The position numbers were made by a program, and so were the translations under genes. From assembly GCF_009914755.1 (NCBI RefSeq), contig NC_060942.1: a stretch of 64,000 bases of DNA; one strand, 5' to 3'. Positions 55,601 through 64,000 of the stretch are shown in pieces; positions within the stretch are counted from its first letter, which is position 1; the number at the start of each line of letters is the position of its first letter. Under the pieces are notes generated by a model, which worked only from the letters and a program-made list of their open reading frames with translations, did not search any database and was not told the DNA's origin. The stretch comes from the human T2T-CHM13v2.0 reference genome, Homo sapiens.

Positions 55601-58600
55601 GGACATTTGGAGCGCTTTCAGGCCCATGTTGGAAAGGGAAATATCTTCCCGTAACAACTAGGCAGAAGCATTCTCAGAAACTTATTTGAGATGTGTGTAC
55701 TCAACTAAGAGAATTGAACCACCGTTTTGAAGGAGCAGTTTTGAAACACTCTTTTTCTGGAATCTGCAAGAGTATATTTGCCTAGCCTTGAGGATTTCGT
55801 TGGAAACGGGATTGTCTTCAGAGAAAATCTAGACAGAAGCATTCTCAGAAACTTCTTTGGGATGCTTGCATTCAAGTCACAGAGTAGAACATTCCCTTTG
55901 GTAGAGCAGGTTTGAAACACTCTTTTTGTAGTATCTGGAAGTGGACATTTGGAGCGCTTTCAGGCCTACGTTGGAAAAGGAAATATCTTCCCATAACAAC
56001 TAGACAGAAGCATTCTCAGAAACTAGTTTCTGATGTGTGTCCTCAACTAACACAGTTGAACATTTCTTTAGACAGAACAGTTTTGAAACACTCTTTTTGT
56101 GGAATCTGCAAGTGGCTATTTGGCTAGATTTGAGGATTTCGTTGGAAACGGGATTACATATAAAAAGCAGTCAGCGGCATTCTCAGAAAGTTCTTTGTGA
56201 TGATTGCATTCAAGTCACAGAATTGAACATTCCCTTTCACAGAGCAGGTTTGAAACACTCTTTTTGTAGTGTGTGTAAGTGGACATTTGGAGCACTTACC
56301 GGCCTAAGGTGAAAAAGGAAATAATCTTCCCATAAAAACTAGACAGAAGCATTCTCAGAAACTTACTCGTGATGTGTGTCCTCAACTAAAGGAGTAGAAC
56401 CTTTCTTTTCATAGAGAAGTTTTGAAACGCTCTTTTTGTGGAATCTGCAAGTGGATATTTGGCTAGTTTTGAGGATTTCGTTGGAAGCGGGAATTCATAC
56501 AAATTGCAGACTGCAGCGTTCTGAGAAACATCTTTGTGATGTTTGTATTCAGGACACAGAGTTGAACATTCCCTATCATAGAGCAGGTTTGAATCACTCC
56601 TTTTGTAGTATCTGGAAGTGGACATTTGGAGCGCTTTCAGGCCTATGTTGGAAAAGGAAATATCTTCCCATAACAACTAGACAGAAGCATTCTCAGAAAC
56701 TTATTTGAGATGTGTGTACTCAACTAAGAGAATTGAACCACCGTTTTGAAGGAGCAGTTTTGAAACTCTCTTTTTCTGGAATCTGCAAGTGGATATTTGG
56801 CTAGCTTTGGGGATTTCGCTGGAAGCGGGAATACATATAAAAAGCACACAGCAGCGTTCTGAGAAACTGCTTTCTGATGTTTGCATTCAAGTCAAAAGTT
56901 GAACACTCCCTTTCATAGAGCAGTCCTGAAACACCCCTTTTGTAGTATCTGGAACTGGACTTTTGGAGCGATTTCAGGGCTAAGGTGAAAAAGGAAATAT
57001 CTTCCCATAAAAACTGGACAGAAGCATTCTCAGAAACTTGTTTATGCTGTATCTACTCAACTAACAAAGTTGAACCTTTCTTTTGATAGAGCAGTTTTGA
57101 AATGGTCTTTTTGTGGAATCTGCAAGTGGATATTTGGCTAGTTTTGAGGATTTCGTTGGAAGCGGGAATTCATACAAATTGCAGACTGCAGCGTTCTGAG
57201 AAACATCTTTGTGATGTTTGTATTCAGGACACAGAGTTGAACATTCCCTATCATAGAGCAGGTTGGAATCACTCCTTTTGTAGTATCTGGAAGTGGACAT
57301 TTGGAGCGCTTTCAGGCCTATTTTGGAAAGGGAAATATCTTCCCGTAACAACTATGCAGAAGCATTCTCAGAAACTTGTTTGTGATGTGTGCCCTCTACT
57401 GACAGAGTTGAACCTTTCTTTTCATAGAGCAGTTTTGAAACACTCTTTTTGTAGAATCTGCAAGAGGATATTTGCATAGCTTTGAGGATTTCGTGGGAAA
57501 CGGGATTGTCTTCAGGTAAAATCTAGACAGAAGCATTCTCAGAAACTTCTTTGGGATGTTTGCATTCAAGTCACAGAGTAGAACATTCCCTTTGGTAGAG
57601 CAGGTTTGAAACACTCTTTTTGTAGTATCTGGAAGTGGACATTTGGAGCGCTTTCAGGCCCATGTTGGAAAGGGAAATATCTTCCCGTAACAACTAGGCA
57701 GAAGCATTCTCAGAAACTTATTTGAGATGTGTGTACTCAACTAAGAGAATTGAACCACCGTTTTGAAGGAGCAGTTTTGAAACACTCTTTTTCTGGAATC
57801 TGCAAGAGTATATTTGCCTAGCCTTGAGGATTTCGTTGGAAACGGGATTGTCTTCAGAGAAAATCTAGACAGAAGCATTCTCAGAAACTTCTTTGGGATG
57901 CTTGCATTCAAGTCACAGAGTAGAACATTCCCTTTGGTAGAGCAGGTTTGAAACACTCTTTTTTTAGTATCTGGAAGTGGACATTTGGAGCGCTTTCAGG
58001 CCTACGTTGGAAAAGGAAATATCTTCCCATAACAACTAGACAGAAGCATTCTCAGAAACTAGTTTCTGATGTGTGTCCTCAACTAACACAGTTGAACATT
58101 TCTTTAGACAGAACAGTTTTGAAACACTCTTTTTGTGGAATCTGCAAGTGGCTATTTGGCTAGATTTGAGGATTTCGTTGGAAACGGGATTACATATAAA
58201 AAGCAGTCAGCGGCATTCTCAGAAAGTTCTTTGTGATGATTGCATTCAAGTCACAGAATTGAACATTCCCTTTCACAGAGCAGGTTTGAAACACTCTTTT
58301 TGTAGTGTGTGTAAGTGGACATTTGGAGCACTTACCGGCCTAAGGTGAAAAAGGAAATAATCTTCCCATAAAAACTAGACAGAAGCATTCTCAGAAACTT
58401 ACTCGTGATGTGTGTCCTCAACTAAAGGAGTAGAACCTTTCTTTTCATAGAGAAGTTTTGAAACGCTCTTTTTGTGGAATCTGCAAGTGGATATTTGGCT
58501 AGTTTTGAGGATTTCGTTGGAAGCGGGAATTCATACAAATTGCAGACTGCAGCGTTCTGAGAAACATCTTTGTGATGTTTGTATTCAGGACACAGAGTTG

Positions 58601-61600
58601 AACATTCCCTATCATAGAGCAGGTTTGAATCACTCCTTTTGTAGTATCTGGAAGTGGACATTTGGAGCGCTTTCAGGCCTATGTTGGAAAAGGAAATATC
58701 TTCCCATAACAACTAGACAGAAGCATTCTCAGAAACTTATTTGAGATGTGTGTACTCAACTAAGAGAATTGAACCACCGTTTTGAAGGAGCAGTTTTGAA
58801 ACTCTCTTTTTCTGGAATCTGCAAGTGGATATTTGGCTAGCTTTGGGGATTTCGCTGGAAGCGGGAATACATATAAAAAGCACACAGCAGCGTTCTGAGA
58901 AACTGCTTTCTGATGTTTGCATTCAAGTCAAAAGTTGAACACTCCCTTTCATAGAGCAGTCCTGAAACACCCCTTTGGTAGTATCTGGAACTGGACTTTT
59001 GGAGCGATTTCAGGGCTAAGGTGAAAAAGGAAATATCTTCCCATAAAAACTGGACAGAAGCATTCTCAGAAACTTGTTTATGCTGTATCTACTCAACTAA
59101 CAAAGTTGAACCTTTCTTTTGATAGAGCAGTTTTGAAATGGTCTTTTTGTGGAATCTGCAAGTGGATATTTGGCTAGTTTTGAGGATTTCGTTGGAAGCG
59201 GGAATTCATACAAATTGCAGACTGCAGCGTTCTGAGAAACATCTTTGTGATGTTTGTATTCAGGACACAGAGTTGAACATTCCCTATCATAGAGCAGGTT
59301 GGAATCACTCCTTTTGTAGTATCTGGAAGTGGACATTTGGAGCGCTTTCAGGCCTATTTTGGAAAGGGAAATATCTTCCCGTAACAACTATGCAGAAGCA
59401 TTCTCAGAAACTTGTTTGTGATGTGTGCCCTCTACTGACAGAGTTGAACCTTTCTTTTCATAGAGCAGTTTTGAAACACTCTTTTTGTAGAATCTGCAAG
59501 AGGATATTTGCATAGCTTTGAGGATTTCGTGGGAAACGGGATTGTCTTCAGGTAAAATCTAGACAGAAGCATTCTCAGAAACTTCTTTGGGATGTTTGCA
59601 TTCAAGTCACAGAGTAGAACATTCCCTTTGGTAGAGCAGGTTTGAAACACTCTTTTTGTAGTATCTGGAAGTGGACATTTGGAGCGCTTTCAGGCCCATG
59701 TTGGAAAGGGAAATATCTTCCCGTAACAACTAGGCAGAAGCATTCTCAGAAACTTATTTGAGATGTGTGTACTCAACTAAGAGAATTGAACCACCGTTTT
59801 GAAGGAGCAGTTTTGAAACACTCTTTTTCTGGAATCTGCAAGAGTATATTTGCCTAGCCTTGAGGATTTCGTTGGAAACGGGATTGTCTTCAGAGAAAAT
59901 CTAGACAGAAGCATTCTCAGAAACTTCTTTGGAATGCTTGCATTCAAGTCACAGAGTAGAACCTTCCCTTTGGTAGAGCAGGTTTGAAACACTCTTTTTT
60001 TAGTATCTGGAAGTGGACATTTGGAGCGCTTTCAGGCCTACGTTGGAAAAGGAAATATCTTCCCATAACAACTAGACAGAAGCATTCTCAGAAACTAGTT
60101 TCTGATGTGTGTCCTCAACTAACACAGTTGAACATTTCTTTAGACAGAACAGTTTTGAAACACTCTTTTTGTGGAATCTGCAAGTGGCTATTTGGCTAGA
60201 TTTGAGGATTTCGTTGGAAACGGGATTACATATAAAAAGCAGTCAGCGGCATTCTCAGAAAGTTCTTTGTGATGATTGCATTCAAGTCACAGAATTGAAC
60301 ATTCCCTTTCACAGAGCAGGTTTGAAACACTCTTTTTGTAGTGTGTGTAAGTGGACATTTGGAGCACTTACCGGCCTAAGGTGAAAAAGGAAATAATCTT
60401 CCCATAAAAACTAGACAGAAGCATTCTCAGAAACTTACTCGTGATGTGTGTCCTCAACTAAAGGAGTAGAACCTTTCTTTTCATAGAGAAGTTTTGAAAC
60501 GCTCTTTTTGTGGAATCTGCAAGTGGATATTTGGCTAGTTTTGAGGATTTCGTTGGAAGCGGGAATTCATACAAATTGCAGACTGCAGCGTTCTGAGAAA
60601 CATCTTTGTGATGTTTGTATTCAGGACACAGAGTTGAACATTCCCTATCATAGAGCAGGTTGGAATCACTCCTTTTGTAGTATCTGGAAGTGGACATTTG
60701 GAGCGCTTTCAGGCCTATGTTGGAAAAGGAAATATCTTCCCATAACAACTAGACAGAAGCATTCTCAGAAACTTATTTGAGATGTGTGTACTCAACTAAG
60801 AGAATTGAACCACCGTTTTGAAGGAGCAGTTTTGAAACTCTCTTTTTCTGGAATCTGCAAGTGGATATTTGGCTAGCTTTGGGGATTTCGCTGGAAGCGG
60901 GAATACATATAAAAAGCACACAGCAGCGTTCTGAGAAACTGCTTTCTGATGTTTGCATTCAAGTCAAAAGTTGAACACTCCCTTTCATAGAGCAGTCCTG
61001 AAACACCCCTTTGGTAGTATCTGGAACTGGACTTTTGGAGCGATTTCAGGGCTAAGGTGAAAAAGGAAATATCTTCCCATAAAAACTGGACAGAAGCATT
61101 CTCAGAAACTTGTTTATGCTGTATCTACTCAACTAACAAAGTTGAACCTTTCTTTTGATAGAGCAGTTTTGAAATGGTCTTTTTGTGGAATCTGCAAGTG
61201 GATATTTGGCTAGTTTTGAGGATTTCGTTGGAAGCGGGAATTCATACAAATTGCAGACTGCAGCGTTCTGAGAAACATCTTTGTGATGTTTGTATTCAGG
61301 ACACAGAGTTGAACATTCCCTATCATAGAGCAGGTTGGAATCACTCCTTTTGTAGTATCTGGAAGTGGACATTTGGAGCGCTTTCAGGCCTATTTTGGAA
61401 AGGGAAATATCTTCCCGTAACAACTATGCAGAAGCATTCTCAGAAACTTGTTTGTGATGTGTGCCCTCTACTGACAGAGTTGAACCTTTCTTTTCATAGA
61501 GCAGTTTTGAAACACTCTTTTTGTAGAATCTGCAAGAGGATATTTGCATAGCTTTGAGGATTTCGTGGGAAACGGGATTGTCTTCAGGTAAAATCTAGAC

Positions 61601-64000
61601 AGAAGCATTCTCAGAAACTTCTTTGGGATGTTTGCATTCAAGTCACAGAGTAGAACATTCCCTTTGGTAGAGCAGGTTTGAAACACTCTTTTTGTAGTAT
61701 CTGGAAGTGGACATTTGGAGCGCTTTCAGGCCCATGTTGGAAAGGGAAATATCTTCCCGTAACAACTAGGCAGAAGCATTCTCAGAAACTTATTTGAGAT
61801 GTGTGTACTCAACTAAGAGAATTGAACCACCGTTTTGAAGGAGCAGTTTTGAAACACTCTTTTTCTGGAATCTGCAAGAGTATATTTGCCTAGCCTTGAG
61901 GATTTCGTTGGAAACGGGATTGTCTTCAGAGAAAATCTAGACAGAAGCATTCTCAGAAACTTCTTTGGGATGCTTGCATTCAAGTCACAGAGTAGAACAT
62001 TCCCTTTGGTAGAGCAGGTTTGAAACACTCTTTTTGTAGTATCTGGAAGTGGACATTTGGAGCGCTTTCAGGCCTACGTTGGAAAAGGAAATATCTTCCC
62101 ATAACAACTAGACAGAAGCATTCTCAGAAACTAGTTTCTGATGTGTGTCCTCAACTAACACAGTTGAACATTTCTTTAGACAGAACAGTTTTGAAACACT
62201 CTTTTTGTGGAATCTGCAAGTGGCTATTTGGCTAGATTTGAGGATTTCGTTGGAAACGGGATTACATATAAAAAGCAGTCAGCAGCATTCTCAGAAAGTT
62301 CTTTGTGATGATTGCATTCAAGTCACAGAATTGAACATTCCCTTTCACAGAGCAGGTTTGAAACACTCTTTTTGTAGTGTGTGTAAGTGGACATTTGGAG
62401 CACTTACCGGCCTAAGGTGAAAAAGGAAATAATCTTCCCATAAAAACTAGACAGAAGCATTCTCAGAAACTTACTCGTGATGTGTGTCCTCAACTAAAGG
62501 AGTAGAACCTTTCTTTTCATAGAGAAGTTTTGAAACGCTCTTTTTGTGGAATCTGCAAGTGGATATTTGGCTAGTTTTGAGGATTTCGTTGGAAGCGGGA
62601 ATTCATACAAATTGCAGACTGCAGCGTTCTGAGAAACATCTTTGTGATGTTTGTATTCAGGACACAGAGTTGAACATTCCCTATCATAGAGCAGGTTTGA
62701 ATCACTCCTTTTGTAGTATCTGGAAGTGGACATTTGGAGCGCTTTCAGGCCTATGTTGGAAAAGGAAATATCTTCCCATAACAACTAGACAGAAGCATTC
62801 TCAGAAACTTATTTGAGATGTGTGTACTCAACTAAGAGAATTGAACCACCGTTTTGAAGGAGCAGTTTTGAAACTCTCTTTTTCTGGAATCTGCAAGTGG
62901 ATATTTGGCTAGCTTTGGGGATTTCGCTGGAAGCGGGAATACATATAAAAAGCACACAGCAGCGTTCTGAGAAACTGCTTTCTGATGTTTGCATTCAAGT
63001 CAAAAGTTGAACACTCCCTTTCATAGAGCAGTCCTGAAACACCCCTTTTGTAGTATCTGGAACTGGACTTTTGGAGCGATTTCAGGGCTAAGGTGAAAAA
63101 GGAAATATCTTCCCATAAAAACTGGACAGAAGCATTCTCAGAAACTTGTTTATGCTGTATCTACTCAACTAACAAAGTTGAACCTTTCTTTTGATAGAGC
63201 AGTTTTGAAATGGTCTTTTTGTGGAATCTGCAAGTGGATATTTGGCTAGTTTTGAGGATTTCGTTGGAAGCGGGAATTCATACAAATTGCAGACTGCAGC
63301 GTTCTGAGAAACATCTTTGTGATGTTTGTATTCAGGACACAGAGTTGAACATTCCCTATCATAGAGCAGGTTGGAATCACTCCTTTTGTAGTATCTGGAA
63401 GTGGACATTTGGAGCGCTTTCAGGCCTATTTTGGAAAGGGAAATATCTTCCCGTAACAACTATGCAGAAGCATTCTCAGAAACTTGTTTGTGATGTGTGC
63501 CCTCTACTGACAGAGTTGAACCTTTCTTTTCATAGAGCAGTTTTGAAACACTCTTTTTGTAGAATCTGCAAGAGGATATTTGCATAGCTTTGAGGATTTC
63601 GTGGGAAACGGGATTGTCTTCAGGTAAAATCTAGACAGAAGCATTCTCAGAAACTTCTTTGGGATGTTTGCATTCAAGTCACAGAGTAGAACATTCCCTT
63701 TGGTAGAGCAGGTTTGAAACACTCTTTTTGTAGTATCTGGAAGTGGACATTTGGAGCGCTTTCAGGCCCATGTTGGAAAGGGAAATATCTTCCCGTAACA
63801 ACTAGGCAGAAGCATTCTCAGAAACTTATTTGAGATGTGTGTACTCAACTAAGAGAATTGAACCACCGTTTTGAAGGAGCAGTTTTGAAACACTCTTTTT
63901 CTGGAATCTGCAAGAGTATATTTGCCTAGCCTTGAGGATTTCGTTGGAAACGGGATTGTCTTCAGAGAAAATCTAGACAGAAGCATTCTCAGAAACTTCT
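34611..64000 (+). repeat. HOR haplotype block III: 2036-bp units 18-31 plus partial unit 32
   Basis: +A insertion retained, +T absent; period 2036 (ORF starts 34665, 36701, 38737...). Confidence 0.9.

Larger units (their letters stand above)
1..64000 (+). repeat. Alpha-satellite higher-order repeat array (12-mer HOR, about 2035 bp, about 31.4 copies), active-centromere type, dimeric SF2 organisation; probably human chr18 D18Z1 / S2C18H1L
   Basis: Alphoid hallmarks (CATTCTCAGAAAC, TTTGAAACACTCTTTTTGT, GGAATCTGCAAGTGGATATTTG) recur every 167-171 bp, and the whole pattern repeats every 2035-2037 bp (ORF track offsets 55, 2090, 4125...). CENP-B box in every second monomer. EcoRI sites at 160, 1520 and 2195 give 1360/675 bp fragments, matching the ~1.36 and ~0.68 kb fragments I recall for D18Z1. 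The alpha-satellite call is essentially certain; the chromosome assignment is less so (about 0.8). Confidence 0.98.

Noticed and set aside
55-63722. About 280 short ORFs (61-125 aa) on both strands
   Set aside because: They recur with the HOR period, overlap on opposite strands, are mutually similar at monomer spacing, are frameshifted or truncated freely by variants (125 to 108 aa; 96 to 68 aa at 9639) and resemble no protein family I recognise. They are translations of satellite DNA.
145-63955. Absence of variants in CENP-B boxes as proof of purifying selection
   Set aside because: Boxes are about 5% of the HOR and I found only about 16 variable sites, so fewer than one hit is expected by chance; not informative in this window.
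1-64000. CRISPR-like reading of the recurring CAGAAGCATTCTCAGAAAC motif with intervening 'spacers'
   Set aside because: The intervening sequences are homologous to each other, about 150 bp long and periodic rather than unique, and there are no cas genes. It is the conserved part of the alphoid monomer.
1-64000. Assignment to the X-chromosome 12-mer DXZ1
   Set aside because: DXZ1 is a ~2057-bp pentamer-derived (SF3) HOR; this unit is 2035 bp with strict dimeric A/B alternation.
1-64000. Hidden mobile element, inversion or novel gene system
   Set aside because: The period stays within 2035-2037 bp throughout, leaving no room for inserted sequence, and the orientation never flips.

Overview
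The whole 64 kb window is one uninterrupted, single-orientation array of primate (human-type) centromeric alpha-satellite DNA. Monomers of about 171 bp form a 12-monomer higher-order repeat (HOR) of 2035-2037 bp, giving 31 complete HOR copies plus a partial 32nd that are nearly identical to each other. Monomers alternate between CENP-B-box (B-type) and A-type, with six intact boxes per HOR about 340 bp apart, the dimeric organisation of suprachromosomal family 2. Two EcoRI sites per HOR give 1360 + 675 bp fragments. That, with the 12-mer period, fits what I recall of the chromosome 18 active array D18Z1 (S2C18H1L); this assignment comes from memory, not a database search. I see no genes, RNA genes, transposon insertions, inversions or HOR-length variants, and all listed ORFs are by-products of the repeat. 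I did not find a new biological system. What is informative is the fine structure: the HOR is a mosaic of internal duplications, and about 16 variant sites define haplotype blocks (2035, 2037 and 2036 bp units), show recombination or conversion between copies, and hint at a local 2-HOR super-period. Variants were read by eye with help from the ORF track, so some may be missed.
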